From Myxococcales bacterium (GTDB lineage Bacteria; Myxococcota_A; Polyangia; Polyangiales; DASUME01): 64,000 bases of DNA. Below the pieces are notes generated by a model. That model ran no database searches. It had not been told where the DNA came from and was given only the letters and a program-made list of their open reading frames with translations. Below, one piece after another: positions 40,324 through 50,932 of the stretch; position 1 is the stretch's first letter; each line of letters begins with the position of its first letter. Where the stretch lies: the NCBI GenBank assembly GCA_047601445.1, contig JASGJH010000001.1, forward strand, positions 5,760,001-5,824,000, in the 5' to 3' direction. The position numbers and the translations under genes are program-made.

Positions 40324-41139
40324 TCAGAAGCGCGCTACGAGGGACAGCTGTCCGGGAAAGAAATGGAGCTTGAGCGAACGCTCGGGTCCTGGCGCACGGG
40401 CCGTCCGCAACATCGGGTCGCAGACCGACTCGCGCACCACCTTGAGGTCCCGCCGAGCGCGCCGCGGCACCGTCCAGAAGGTGAGCTCTGCGACGCCCAA
40501 TGACGTCACGAATTGCAGCACGAGGGCCAGCGTCAGCTCATCGGCATGGGGATTTCGGACCCACACATAGCCCGTGCTGACCGCGGCGTAGAGAAAGCCG
40601 ATCAGGTGGGCGACCCAGTTCGAGTTGGCGTTTTCCACGCGTGCCGCCTTGTCGAGCAAGCTGATGCCCTTCCTGAGCTTGAGCCTGCGTTGCGCGGGGG
40701 TATCTGCAGACAGCTTCGACAAGCGACGGTAGCCGTACATGCCTGGCAACGGCAGAAGGCTGACGTTCGCTACGAAGAGGCCCGCGCCGATGGCCGAGAC
40801 CAACCAGGAGTCCTTGGCCAGGCGGGTGTCGGTGGTGGCGTACTTATAGAAGCCGAAGGTCAAGTTGAACACGTTGAAGCCGTTCCAACCCGTCCACCAC
40901 AGAGTCGCGCCCACACGCTGCTTGGCCAAACTCTGCTCGACGAAGGCCAGCTGCTGATCGACCTGCTCGTCGTTCAGGTGCTCGACGCATGCATCGAGCG
41001 GGAGCTCATGGCCGATTTGCGCGAGAGCTCCGCTCGTCACCAACTGGCAGCTCAACCACAGCGCCACGCCGAGGAGCCCACCCACGCTCGCTGCACGAAG
41101 ACGCGTCCGCTTGCCTGTGGGTCCCCGGGCCACGCCCAC
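40324..41139 (-). CDS. Exported/membrane hypothetical protein ending in Phe
   Basis: Signal peptide; about 4 hydrophobic helices; ends PGQLSLVARF. Confidence 0.7.
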   Translation of the reverse strand: MGVARGPTGKRTRLRAASVGGLLGVALWLSCQLVTSGALAQIGHELPLDACVEHLNDEQVDQQLAFVEQSLAKQRVGATLWWTGWNGFNVFNLTFGFYKYATTDTRLAKDSWLVSAIGAGLFVANVSLLPLPGMYGYRRLSKLSADTPAQRRLKLRKGISLLDKAARVENANSNWVAHLIGFLYAAVSTGYVWVRNPHADELTLALVLQFVTSLGVAELTFWTVPRRARRDLKVVRESVCDPMLRTARAPGPERSLKLHFFPGQLSLVARF

Positions 41140-41157
41140 TATGATGCACGAATCCCT

Positions 41158-43281
41158 TCAGCGACGCCCGCGCGCTCTGCCACCCGGTGCAGTCTTACCT
41201 GCACTTGCGCGCCCCGCCGAGCTGCCCCGGGTACCAGCCTTGCTCCCCGCGCTCTTGCCCGCGGAGGCCTTTTTTACGGGACCATTGCTGGTCGGCGCAG
41301 CGCCTCCCTCCGCAGCTCGAATCTGATCGCGAATCCGCGCGGCCTTCTCGAAATCCAGGTTTTCCGCGGCCAACAGCATCTCGCTGCGCAGCATCTCCAC
41401 GTGCTCTCGCAGCTCCTCGGGCGACTTGGGGGCGTTCTTCCCCAGTACCGGAGGTAGGGCCACGTAGTCCCGCTCCCCGGCCCCCGCGTCCGTGAGGGTG
41501 AGCAAGGACTTCACGACCGTGCGCGGGGTGATGCCGTGGGTCTCGTTGTAGACCCGCTGCTTCTCGCGTCGCCGATCGGTCTCGTCGATGGCCTGCTCCA
41601 TGGCCTGAGTGATCTTGTCGGCGTACATGATGACTTCGCCGTTCACGTTGCGCGCGGCGCGGCCGATGGTCTGGATGAGCGAGCGCGGCGAGCGCAGGAA
41701 GCCTTCCTTGTCGGCGTCCAGAATGGCCACCAGGGAGACCTCGGGTAGGTCCAACCCCTCGCGCAGCAAGTTGATGCCGATCAGCACGTCGAACACGCCG
41801 CTGCGCAGGTCGCGAATGACATCGATGCGCTCGAGAGTGTCGATGTCGCTGTGCAGATAGCGGCACTTCACGTTGAGCTCGCCGTAGTACTCGGCCAAGT
41901 CCTCGGCCATGCGCTTGGTCAGCACCGTGACCAGCACGCGCTCGTTCTTGGCGACGCGATCCCGGATCTCCCCGAGTAGGTCGTCCACTTGGTTGCCGAC
42001 CGGCTTCACCTGGATCTTCGGATCCATCAGGCCCGTCGGTCGAATCACCTGCTCCACGAAGCTGCCCTGGGTTTGCTCGAGCTCCCAGTCGCCCGGCGTG
42101 GCGCTCACGTAGATGGCGTTCTTGATGTGCGTCTCGAACTCGTGAAACTGCAGTGGTCGGTTGTCGACCGCGCTCGGCAAGCGGAAGCCATGCTCCACCA
42201 GCGTGTCTTTGCGCGAGCGGTCCCCGCGGTACATCGCGCCGATCTGCGGCACCGTCTGGTGCGACTCATCGAGCACCAGCAGGAAGTTCTGGGGGAAGTA
42301 GTCGATGAGCGTGGGCGGCGGTTCGCCCGGTTTGCGGCTGGAGAAGTGTCGCGAGTAGTTCTCGATGCCATGGCAGAAGCCCATCTGCTCCAGCATCTCC
42401 AGGTCGTAGAGCGTGCGCTGCTCCAGGCGCTGTTTCTCGAGCAGCTTGTTCTCCGTGCCCAGCACCGCCAGGCGCTCCGTGAGGGCTTCTCGGATGGAGG
42501 CCATGGCGATGCGTCGTTGCTCGAGCGGCGTGACGAAGTGCGAGCCAGGGTAGATGCCGTATTGCTCGAGCTCGTTCTGCACCTTGCCGCGCAGAGGGTC
42601 GATCTCCGTGATGCGCTCGATCTCGTCGCCCCAAAACTCGATGCGCACCGCGCGGTCTTGTTCGTAGGCGGGAAAGACCTCAACCACGTCCCCGCGCACG
42701 CGGAACGTGCCACGGTGGAAGTCGGTGTCGTTGCGATCGTACTGGATGTCCACCAGCTGCTTGAGCAGCATGTCGCGCCGAATGGTCTGGCCCTTCTTCA
42801 GCTCGATCAACATGCCCTGGTACCACTCGGCCGAGCCGATGCCGTAGATGCAGGACACGCTGGCGACGATGATCACGTCGTGGCGCGAGAGCAGCGAGCG
42901 CGTGGCGCTGTGGCGCATGCGGTCGATCTGCTCGTTGACGATGGCGTCCTTCTCGATGAACGTGTCGCTGGTGGGGATGTAGGCTTCGGGCTGGTAGTAG
43001 TCGTAGTAGCTGACGAAGTACTCCACCGCGTTGTTGGGGAAGAGCTCCTTCATCTCGCCGTAGAGCTGGGCGCTCAAGGTCTTGTTGGGCGTGATGATCA
43101 GGGTGGGCCGCTGCACCTGCGCGATCACGTTCGCGATGGTGAAGGTCTTGCCGCTGCCCGTGATGCCCAGCAGCACCTGGTGCCTCTCGTCTTGGCTCAG
43201 GCCGCGCGTGAGCGCTTCGATGGCGGCCGGTTGGTCGCCTGACGGGGAGAACTTGCTCACCAGCTCGAAAGGACGGGCCAT
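41158..43281 (-). CDS. uvrB: Excinuclease ABC subunit B
   Basis: [43 protein letters not shown] domain. Confidence 0.99.
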   Translation of the reverse strand: MARPFELVSKFSPSGDQPAAIEALTRGLSQDERHQVLLGITGSGKTFTIANVIAQVQRPTLIITPNKTLSAQLYGEMKELFPNNAVEYFVSYYDYYQPEAYIPTSDTFIEKDAIVNEQIDRMRHSATRSLLSRHDVIIVASVSCIYGIGSAEWYQGMLIELKKGQTIRRDMLLKQLVDIQYDRNDTDFHRGTFRVRGDVVEVFPAYEQDRAVRIEFWGDEIERITEIDPLRGKVQNELEQYGIYPGSHFVTPLEQRRIAMASIREALTERLAVLGTENKLLEKQRLEQRTLYDLEMLEQMGFCHGIENYSRHFSSRKPGEPPPTLIDYFPQNFLLVLDESHQTVPQIGAMYRGDRSRKDTLVEHGFRLPSAVDNRPLQFHEFETHIKNAIYVSATPGDWELEQTQGSFVEQVIRPTGLMDPKIQVKPVGNQVDDLLGEIRDRVAKNERVLVTVLTKRMAEDLAEYYGELNVKCRYLHSDIDTLERIDVIRDLRSGVFDVLIGINLLREGLDLPEVSLVAILDADKEGFLRSPRSLIQTIGRAARNVNGEVIMYADKITQAMEQAIDETDRRREKQRVYNETHGITPRTVVKSLLTLTDAGAGERDYVALPPVLGKNAPKSPEELREHVEMLRSEMLLAAENLDFEKAARIRDQIRAAEGGAAPTSNGPVKKASAGKSAGSKAGTRGSSAGRASAGKTAPGGRARGRR

Positions 43282-43309
43282 CGGCGGAGGTTGCCACGCA
43301 GACCTTGGC

Positions 43310-43325
43310 CTGCAAGGAGGTTCAG
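43310..43325. promoter_or_regulatory. Candidate LexA (SOS) box upstream of uvrB
   Basis: CTGCAAGGAGGTTCAG matches both arms of the Myxococcus LexA motif CTRHAMRYBYGTTCAG; 29 bp from the uvrB start. Confidence 0.6.
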
Positions 43326-43579
43326 TGGGAATCGCGCGGCGCCTGCACCGCCCAGTGCTCTCTCATTAACGATGCAGGTCCAGTCGGGGCCCAGGCGACC
43401 AAGCCCGCTGATCCTCCGGTCGAGTCGTCATTGGTTTGCCCCGGGCAGCGCCGAGGTCCGCGCCGGCCAGACCCGATACGAGGTACAACTAGACAACGTC
43501 GAATGTCAGCTTCTGGGTTCGCCATCGTATTAGCGTTTTGCGGCTGAAACGCCCGACCGCCCAAGCCTGACAGCTTCGT

Positions 43580-44170
43580 ATGTCCTCGCCGTCACTGGAG
43601 AAGGTCGTCCTGCAGGGAGAAGGGGTTCGTCTCGAGCCCCTCTCGGAGTCGCACCTCGAGCCTCGCGCGCGCGCCATCGAAGACGGGGCGCTCTGGGAGA
43701 TCCCGGTGACCTTCGTCCCCCATCCTCGTGACTTGCCCGCGTTCTTGGCCGAGATCGAGCTCACGCGGAACTACGGCGTCCAGCTCGCCTTCGCCACCAT
43801 CGACACCCGGCGCGGACAGCTGGTCGGCAGCACGCGCTTCATGAATTTCGTGGCGGCCCATCGGAGCGTCGAGATTGGCTTCACCTTCCTGGCGGAGTCG
43901 GCCCAGCGCAGCCATGTGAACACGGAAGCCAAGTACCTCATGTTGAGGCACGCCTTCGAGAGCTGGGGCCTGAATCGGGTCGAGCTCATCACCGACGCGT
44001 TGAACACAAAGTCTCGTGCGGCCATCACGCGTCTGGGTGCCAAGCAGGAAGGCATCCTGCGAAGTCACATGGTCATGCGCGACGGGCGCATCCGGGACTC
44101 GGTACTCTTCGGTATCACCAAAGACGACTGGCCCGAGGTCAGGCGACGCCTGGAAGCGAGCTTGCTCTGA
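43580..44170 (+). CDS. RimJ/RimL-type GNAT acetyltransferase
   Basis: VGSTRF, VEIGFTFL, NTEAKYLML.HAFE, N..SRAAI.RLGA..EG.LR. Confidence 0.92.
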   Translation: MSSPSLEKVVLQGEGVRLEPLSESHLEPRARAIEDGALWEIPVTFVPHPRDLPAFLAEIELTRNYGVQLAFATIDTRRGQLVGSTRFMNFVAAHRSVEIGFTFLAESAQRSHVNTEAKYLMLRHAFESWGLNRVELITDALNTKSRAAITRLGAKQEGILRSHMVMRDGRIRDSVLFGITKDDWPEVRRRLEASLL

Positions 44171-44173
44171 TGC

Positions 44174-45040
44174 CTAGAGCGGCAGAATGAAGCGCGCGTA
44201 GATCAAGGTCGCCGTCGACGTGAACATGAGCGCGTCGATGCGGTCGATGAGCCCGCCGTGACCCGGTACGATCTTCCCGCTGTCCTTGGTGCCCGTACTG
44301 CGCTTCACGAGTGATTCGACCAGATCCCCGCAGATGCCGAGGGGACAGCCGATGAGGGCGAGCGCGAGTCCACCCAGCAGAGGCAGCTTGGGCAGGTACC
44401 AAAAATGCGCCAGGAGCACGCCCACGAGTCCGCCGCCCACCGCGCCGAGCGCGCCCTCCCAGGTCTTGTTGGGAGAAATGTTCGGGGACATCTTGCTGGG
44501 TCCAAAGATCTTCCCGCCCAGGAAGCGACCTGCGAAGTAGCCGCCGGTATCGGCGAACCAGGCCAACATCATGGAGAGCACCACCCATTGGCCACCGAAG
44601 GGTTGGGCGTGCAACGCCGCCAAGGTGGAGATGGTGCCACCGATGTAGAAGGGGCCGGCCACCAGCCAGGCCATCCGCATGCCGGCCGTCTCGTTCGGCA
44701 TCGGTCGGGTCAGCGACATCAAGAGTGATGCGAGTACGAGCACCAAGATGCCTGGGACGAGCAGCGGCGAGGGCTGCTCGGAGGCCATCGACAGATAGAA
44801 GATGCCCCCCATCGCCAGCGTGGAGAGGACGCCCCAGGCCTGCAGCAGTTTGGCCTCGGGGAAGACCATCCGGAACAGCTCGTGGGCGGCGATCCCCATG
44901 GCGGGCCCGAGCACGAACGTGGCCCACACATAGTGAGGTGCGATCAGCAGAGCCCACAAAATGAACGGCACCGCCACGCCCGCGGTGGCGAAGCGGAGGG
45001 CCAGGTTCTTGTTTTTGGCGGCGGTGGTTTCGGCGGACAT
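44174..45040 (-). CDS. cdsA: Phosphatidate cytidylyltransferase
   Basis: DTGGYFAG, SPNKTWEG, GDLVES..KR..G.KDSG..PGHGG..DRID. Confidence 0.97.
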   Translation of the reverse strand: MSAETTAAKNKNLALRFATAGVAVPFILWALLIAPHYVWATFVLGPAMGIAAHELFRMVFPEAKLLQAWGVLSTLAMGGIFYLSMASEQPSPLLVPGILVLVLASLLMSLTRPMPNETAGMRMAWLVAGPFYIGGTISTLAALHAQPFGGQWVVLSMMLAWFADTGGYFAGRFLGGKIFGPSKMSPNISPNKTWEGALGAVGGGLVGVLLAHFWYLPKLPLLGGLALALIGCPLGICGDLVESLVKRSTGTKDSGKIVPGHGGLIDRIDALMFTSTATLIYARFILPL

Positions 45041-45145
45041 CGTCAGGTTCTGAACGGCGGTGCGCTTGTAGCACCGGCGGTCGACGCGTGGTCGTCCGCG
45101 CGCGAGCAGCGCCGTGCGCGTCGAAACGGGCACGCTCTCGGCAGT

Positions 45146-45928
45146 TTAGCCGGCGATTGCCTTGGCCAGAACTTCTTGGCTTGCCGTGACGTTCGGACCC
45201 TGAACGTTGTCGGCCAGACCGAAGCGGCGATTGCGCTGCTGGAACGCGTAGACGGCCTCGAACAACTGGGGCTGTCCAAACTCGGGCCAGAGATTGGGAC
45301 TGAAGTGCAACTCGGCATAGGCGCCGGCCCAGATCAGGAAGTTGCTGGTGCGGAACTCGCCGCCGGTGCGAACCAGGAGGTCCACCGGTCCGACCCCGAG
45401 GCTGCTCGGGAGGATCTTCGTGATGGCGTCCTCGTTGAGGTCCTCAATGGACATCTCGCCGGCTTGCACGCGCCGCGCGAGTTCCTGGGCGGCGTCCGCT
45501 ACCTCTTCGCGTCCACCGTAAGATAGACACAAGGTAAGGGTCATGCCCGTGCAGTGCGCCGTGGCCGAGGTGACCTCCTCCACCAGCTTGAGTACTTGCT
45601 GGGGTAGACGGGAGAGGCGTCCGATGGAGCGGAAGCGCACGCCGTCCTTAATGAGCTTCTCGCGCTCGCTGAGCAGGTACTCGGCGAGGAGGGCCATCAG
45701 GGCGTTGACCTCTTCCTCGGGTCGAGCCCAGTTTTGCTCGCTGAAGGCGTACAAGGTGAGCGCCTTGAGACCGAGGCGGCGGCTCGCCTCCACGATCTTG
45801 CGCACGGACTTGGCACCTTCTCGATGGCCTTCCCAGCGGGGGCGCCCGCGGTCTTTGGCCCAACGGCCATTGCCGTCCATGATGATCGCAACGTGGTGGG
45901 GGAGTCGGCTAAGCTCTACAAGCGACAC
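45146..45928 (-). CDS. uppS: Undecaprenyl diphosphate synthase
   Basis: HVAIIMDGNGRWA, LYAFSEQNW.RP, YGGREE, RTGGE.R.SNFL.W. Confidence 0.97.
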   Translation of the reverse strand: MSLVELSRLPHHVAIIMDGNGRWAKDRGRPRWEGHREGAKSVRKIVEASRRLGLKALTLYAFSEQNWARPEEEVNALMALLAEYLLSEREKLIKDGVRFRSIGRLSRLPQQVLKLVEEVTSATAHCTGMTLTLCLSYGGREEVADAAQELARRVQAGEMSIEDLNEDAITKILPSSLGVGPVDLLVRTGGEFRTSNFLIWAGAYAELHFSPNLWPEFGQPQLFEAVYAFQQRNRRFGLADNVQGPNVTASQEVLAKAIAG

Positions 45929-46158
45929 AGCATCATGCGGTTATCACGCCGCACCGGTGATCAGCAAGCTGAGCGGATGTTGCGCGTGCTCGTGGGTTGA
46001 AAGTTGCGTCCAGGCTGATTACTCCTGGGGCAGATCAGGTAAGGATCGCTGCGCGCTTTTGCGGGCGATTTGTGTTGGTGACGCCACCTAATTGGGCGCC
46101 TGGGTAATTGCGCGCGAGCGCTTGCGTACACACGACGACGAAGGGCGGGACGGCCGAA

Positions 46159-47178
46159 ATGGCGGAGCGCGATTTGTATGCCGAGTTGGGCCTGAAGAAG
46201 GGTGCCAACAAGGACGAGATCAAGAAGGCCTACCGAAAGCTGGCTCGCGAGCTCCATCCTGACCGCAACCCCAACAACCCCAAGGCGGAAGAGCGCTTCA
46301 AGCGCGTCGCCTACGCCAACGACGTGCTGTCCGACGTTCGGAAGCGGGGCCTGTACGACGAGTTCGGCGAGCAGGGCTTGCGTGAGGGTTTCGATGTCGA
46401 GGCCGCCCGGGCCATCAACAACATGCGGTCGGGGGCGGGTCGTTCCGGGGCGTCGTTCGAGGAGATCTTTGGGAATGCTGGACCGGGGGCGGGCGCCAAG
46501 CGCGGCCGCTCGGGTTTCGGGGGCACCCTCGAGGACCTGTTCGGGGGCAACATCGACGAGCTCTTCGGGCGCGGAGGTATGGGTGGCTTCGGTAACCGCG
46601 CCGGCGGGGCGGCGAGTGGCGGAGCTGCGGGAAAGGTCCCAGACCAGGAGAGCGAGATCACCATTGGCTTCGATGAGGCCATGAGCGGCGTCGAAAAGGA
46701 GCTGACCATCCAGGAAGGTCAGCAGCAGCGCCGCCTCCGGGTCCGCATCCCGGCAGGCGTGAGTGATGGCGGAAAGGTCCGCCTGCGTGGCCAGGGCAGT
46801 CGGCGCGGCAATGCGGCGGGCGACCTGGTGCTCACCGTGAAGGTGTCTCCGCACGAACTCTTCCGGCGCGAAGGGGACGACCTGCACCTTGATCTACCGC
46901 TTACACTTTCCGAGGCCTGGCGCGGCGCCACCATCAAGGTTCCGACGCCGGCCGGCGAGGTGGCGCTCAAGATTCCGGCCCGGGCCCAGGGCGGAGCCAA
47001 GCTGCGGTTGCGGGGGAAGGGCGTGGCGAAGCGCGACGGAACCCATGGCGACCTGCTGGTGCATCTCCAGCTGCGGCTACCGGATGGGCGGGACCACGAG
47101 GCGATCGGGCGGGCGCTGGAGTCGCTCGATGGCCAGTACGCCAGCGATGTGCGGAGTGCGCTCAAGAGCCGTACCTGA
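46159..47178 (+). CDS. Class II J-domain protein (CbpA-like, no zinc finger)
   Basis: HPD J-domain, G/F-rich linker, DnaJ C-terminal domain; no CxxCxGxG. Confidence 0.9.
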   Translation: MAERDLYAELGLKKGANKDEIKKAYRKLARELHPDRNPNNPKAEERFKRVAYANDVLSDVRKRGLYDEFGEQGLREGFDVEAARAINNMRSGAGRSGASFEEIFGNAGPGAGAKRGRSGFGGTLEDLFGGNIDELFGRGGMGGFGNRAGGAASGGAAGKVPDQESEITIGFDEAMSGVEKELTIQEGQQQRRLRVRIPAGVSDGGKVRLRGQGSRRGNAAGDLVLTVKVSPHELFRREGDDLHLDLPLTLSEAWRGATIKVPTPAGEVALKIPARAQGGAKLRLRGKGVAKRDGTHGDLLVHLQLRLPDGRDHEAIGRALESLDGQYASDVRSALKSRT

Positions 47179-47411
47179 TCCTTGCCCAGGTGATCTGAAG
47201 TAGGACACGAGCTGGTGCGCTCGGGCGCCGGATCTTCGAGAACCGATGGCCCCTCGCTGAGGACCCGCGGGCCAAAGGAAGTCTCCGGGCCGGCGGTAGC
47301 GCGGCGGGCTCGTTCGTTCGACTTCGTGCGTCGTCGAGCAGGAGCAGGGGGCGCGGTCCGGACACCTCGGAGGGCAGTCCTCGAGGATGTCTGTATGGGC
47401 ACCGGCGGGCA

Positions 47412-47595
47412 CGTTTCACGTGAAACGTGGCTTCGACGAGAGGTGCCGCCGTCTCTCGTGAGACGGAGATGGACCCTGGCTGCCACCTGTTTCACGTGAA
47501 ACAGCCCGTCCGCGGCCGGATACCAAGCACCTCGCGCCGCGCCCATGTTCGATCGCCAGACGACGAGTGGCCCTTCAGTCGTTTCACGTGAAACA
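47412..47595. promoter_or_regulatory. parS: Cluster of three parS sites
   Basis: CGTTTCACGTGAAACG (47412-47427), TGTTTCACGTGAAACA (47488-47503), CGTTTCACGTGAAACA (47580-47595); all match the ParB consensus palindrome. Confidence 0.93.
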
Positions 47596-47716
47596 CAATC
47601 ACCACCATGCGTGACATTACGTGTATCTCTCATCCGGTGGGGTTTCCCCTCCTCCCGAAGAGCCGCCGCTGAGACAACTCCTTTGCCCCCGGAAACTCGC
47701 TGCTAGTCTTCGCCGC

Positions 47717-48875
47717 GTGTCGTTTTTAGAGCTTGTCGAAGCCGCCCTGGCGGAAGTCGAGAACGCCGGCCTGCGGCGGCGCGCGCGAGAGATTGAGGGC
47801 CCCCAAGGGCCGCGCCTGATGGTGGATGGCCGCTCGGTTCTGAGTCTGTGCTCGAACAACTATCTCGGGCTCGCCAACCATCCGCTCCTGGTCGCCGCCC
47901 TGCGGCGAGGCCTCGAAGAGGACGGAACTCGGCTCGGGCGCGTCGCGCCTCATCTCCGGGAACATGCGGGCCCACCGTGACGCCGAGGCTGCGCTGGCTT
48001 CGTTCCTGGGTGCCCCGGCCAGCGCCCTCTTTTCGAGCGGCTACGCCTGCAACGTGGGCGTCATCCAGGGACTCGCCACACGGAACGACGTGGTGTTTAG
48101 CGACGCGCTCAACCACGCCAGCCTCATCGACGGCGCCCGCCTGAGTCGGGCCGAGGTCATCATCTACAAGCACTGCGACCTGGCCGACCTGCGGGACAAG
48201 CTCCAGCGCGAACGTGCCAGGGGTCGCAACGCCATGGTGGTCACCGAGTCCGTGTTCTCTATGGACGGCGACCAGGCCCCCTTGGCCGAGCTCGCGGAAC
48301 TTGCTCGGGAGCATGCGGCGGGCTTCGTGGTCGACGAGGCGCATGCGCTGGGGGTGTTCGGACCCGCCGGTCGTGGCCTTTGCGCGCACCTCGGCCTGAC
48401 CCCGGACGTGCTGATCGGCACTCTGGGGAAGGCCTTTGGGGCGCAGGGAGCTTTCGTGGCGGCGGCCGAGCCTGTGATCGATCTGGTCCGCAACCGCGCC
48501 CGCAGCTACGTCTTTTCGACCGCGCCCTCGCCGAGCTTGGCCCGCGCCGCCGTCGCTGCGGTGCGCCTGGTGCGCGAGGCCGACGGCCTCCGCGCCAAGC
48601 TGACCCGCCACTATCGACGGCTGCGCGAAGGCCTCGGAGCGCTCGGCTACCGCGTGCTCCCCGGCGAGAGTCCCATCATCCCGGTGATGATCGGCGAACC
48701 AGGCCCCACCATGCAGCTTTCGAGGGCACTGCTCGAGCACGGCGTGTTCGCTCACGGCATTCGGCCGCCCACGGTACCGCCCGGCAGCGGCCGGTTGCGC
48801 GTGGTGCCGATGGCGACCCATAGCGACGATGACATCGAGGAGGCCCTGGCTGCCTTCCGGGCGGTGCGGCCATGA
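47717..48875 (+). pseudogene. bioF: 8-amino-7-oxononanoate synthase, split by a +1 frameshift
   Basis: Frame 1 carries SNNYLGL; frame 2 carries GSGASRLISG, NHASLIDG, SVFSMDGD, DEAHA, TLGKAFG. Removing one A at 47926/47927 restores the frame. Confidence 0.85.
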
Positions 48876-49558
48876 GAGGACTCTTCATCAGCGCTACGGG
48901 CACCGGCGTGGGCAAGACCTTCGTGACCCGAGGTCTGGCCGCGGCGATGCACGCGAGCGGACGCCGTGTGGCTGCGCTCAAGCCCATGGAGACGGGAGTC
49001 TCGGACCTCGATCGCTCCGACGCTGCGCTGCTCGCGAGGGCCTGCGGTCGTCCCGAGCTCGCGGACTATCCAGGCTTCTACCGAGCCAAGCTGGGGGTCG
49101 CCCCGTACGCAGCTCAACTCGAGGGCGAGCCTGCGCCGCCACCCGTGCGGGCTCTGGTGGACGCCGTGCACCACGCGGCGCGCGGCTCCGAGTTCGCGCT
49201 GGTGGAGGGGGCAGGGGGACTGTTGGTGCCCATCGACCGCCGCCAGACCATGGCCGACCTGGTGGCCGCGCTTGGATTGCCGCTGGTGCTGGTGGCGCCC
49301 AATGCGCTCGGCGTGCTCTCCCATGTGCTCACCGCGGCTGAATCGGCCCGCAGTCGTGGCATCGAGCTGCGCGCCTTGGTGCTGGTCGATCCAGCGCAGC
49401 CCGGCGATGAGTTGAGCATGCGCACCAACGCCAAGATCCTCGACGAGCGTCTCGGAACTCCGGTGTTCGAGTTCCCCCACGTACAGGATGCCGACGAGGC
49501 GCTCGCCCAGGCCGCCAACACCAGCTCGCTCGTCGATCTGTTGCTCGACTCACGCTAG
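48872..49558 (+). CDS. bioD: Dethiobiotin synthase
   Basis: TGTGVGKT, KPMETG, VEGAGGLLVP. Confidence 0.96.
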   Translation: MRGLFISATGTGVGKTFVTRGLAAAMHASGRRVAALKPMETGVSDLDRSDAALLARACGRPELADYPGFYRAKLGVAPYAAQLEGEPAPPPVRALVDAVHHAARGSEFALVEGAGGLLVPIDRRQTMADLVAALGLPLVLVAPNALGVLSHVLTAAESARSRGIELRALVLVDPAQPGDELSMRTNAKILDERLGTPVFEFPHVQDADEALAQAANTSSLVDLLLDSR

Positions 49559-49691
49559 TAACGCCTGCGGCTCTCCCGGCCACCCACCTGTGAGCGCGCT
49601 ACCCCGCGCTCGCATGGGTCGCCGAAACGGCCGCCAGCTGGCGTCCCCAGTTGCACCCAGTGCCCACCCAGGTACCTTCCGCCCAGCTCCA

Positions 49692-50789
49692 ATGACCAAA
49701 CGCGTCGTCAATTTCAACGCCGGCCCCGCTGCGCTCCCCCTTCAAGCCCTCGAACGCGCTCAGCGCGAGTTCCTCGATTTCGAGGGCACGGGCATGTCCA
49801 TCATGGAGCACAGCCACCGCGGCAAGGACTACGAGCGCGTCCACAACGAGGCCATCGCGCTGCTCACCGAACTGCTGCAGATCCCGGACGACTACCAGGT
49901 ACTGCTCATGCAGGGCGGGGCCACGGCGCAGTTCGCGTACATCCCTATGAATCTCCTGCCCGCCGGCAAGAGCGCGGACTTCCTGCTCACTGGCATCTGG
50001 GCGCGCAAGGCCTACGCCGAGGCGCAGTTCGTGGGCAAGGCACGCATCGCGGCCAACGTGGAGGGCGAGGGTGGCCTGTGCACGCGCGTGCCCACGCAGG
50101 CCGAACTCAAGCTGGATCCCGAGGCGGCCTATCTCCACTTCTGCAGCAACAACACCATCATGGGCACCCAGTTCCATGACTTCCCCGAGCCGCCTGCGGG
50201 CGTGCCTCTGTTCTGTGACATGTCGAGCGACATCCTGTGGCGCTCCATCGACGTGTCGAAGTTTGGCCTGATCTACGCCGGTGCCCAGAAGAACATCGGC
50301 CCCTCAGGCGTCACCCTGGTGATCGCCAAGAAGTCCCTGATCGCCGCGGGGCGCGAGGACATCCCCAAGATCTTCCGCTTCAAGGAGCACGCGAAGGAGA
50401 ACTCGCTGCTCAACACCGCGCCCACGTTCGCCATCTACATGGTGCGCAACGTGCTGCAGGTCGTGAAGGAGCAGGGTGGCGTGGCCGCGATGGAGAAGCG
50501 CAATCGCGAGAAGGCGCGCCTGGTCTACGACCTCATCGATGAGAACCCGAGCTTCTTCCGTAGCTCCGTGGAAAAGGCGAGCCGCTCGGTGATGAACCCA
50601 GTGTTCCGCCTCCCGAGCGAGGAGCTGGACAAGAAGATGGTGGCCGAGGCTGCCGCGACGGGCTTCGTGGGCATCAAGGGCCACAAGCTGGTCGGTGGTA
50701 TCCGCGTCTCTCAGTACAACGCCACCACCCCGGAACAGGTCGCCCAGTTCGTCGAGTGGGCTCGCGGCTTCGCCAAGACCAACGGCTGA
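49692..50789 (+). CDS. serC: Phosphoserine aminotransferase
   Basis: NFNAGPA, SHRG, DMSSD, AGAQKNIGPSG, KGH...GGIR.S.YNA. Confidence 0.97.
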   Translation: MTKRVVNFNAGPAALPLQALERAQREFLDFEGTGMSIMEHSHRGKDYERVHNEAIALLTELLQIPDDYQVLLMQGGATAQFAYIPMNLLPAGKSADFLLTGIWARKAYAEAQFVGKARIAANVEGEGGLCTRVPTQAELKLDPEAAYLHFCSNNTIMGTQFHDFPEPPAGVPLFCDMSSDILWRSIDVSKFGLIYAGAQKNIGPSGVTLVIAKKSLIAAGREDIPKIFRFKEHAKENSLLNTAPTFAIYMVRNVLQVVKEQGGVAAMEKRNREKARLVYDLIDENPSFFRSSVEKASRSVMNPVFRLPSEELDKKMVAEAAATGFVGIKGHKLVGGIRVSQYNATTPEQVAQFVEWARGFAKTNG

Positions 50790-50801
50790 GTGGGCTGCCG
50801 T

Positions 50802-50873
50802 TTGAGCGCGCTACCGCTTGAGCGCGCTACCGCTTGAGCGCGTTACCGCTTGAGCGCGTTACCGCTGAGCGCG
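50802..50873 (+). repeat. 16-bp tandem repeat, about 4.5 copies
   Basis: TTGAGCGCG(C/T)TACCGC x4 plus a partial copy. Confidence 0.95.
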
Positions 50874-50932
50874 ATGCCTTGAAGTTCTCCTGGCGAACTG
50901 TCGGTGCGCGTCGCGAGCCCTCGAGGGGCCAG

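Noticed and set aside
43326..43579. Possible ncRNA or riboswitch between uvrB and the GNAT gene
   Set aside because: Only a short CCTGCA/TGCAGG stem; no recognisable family motif or terminator.
50802..50873. CRISPR or iteron array
   Set aside because: Contiguous 16-bp units with no spacers and no rep gene; a simple VNTR.
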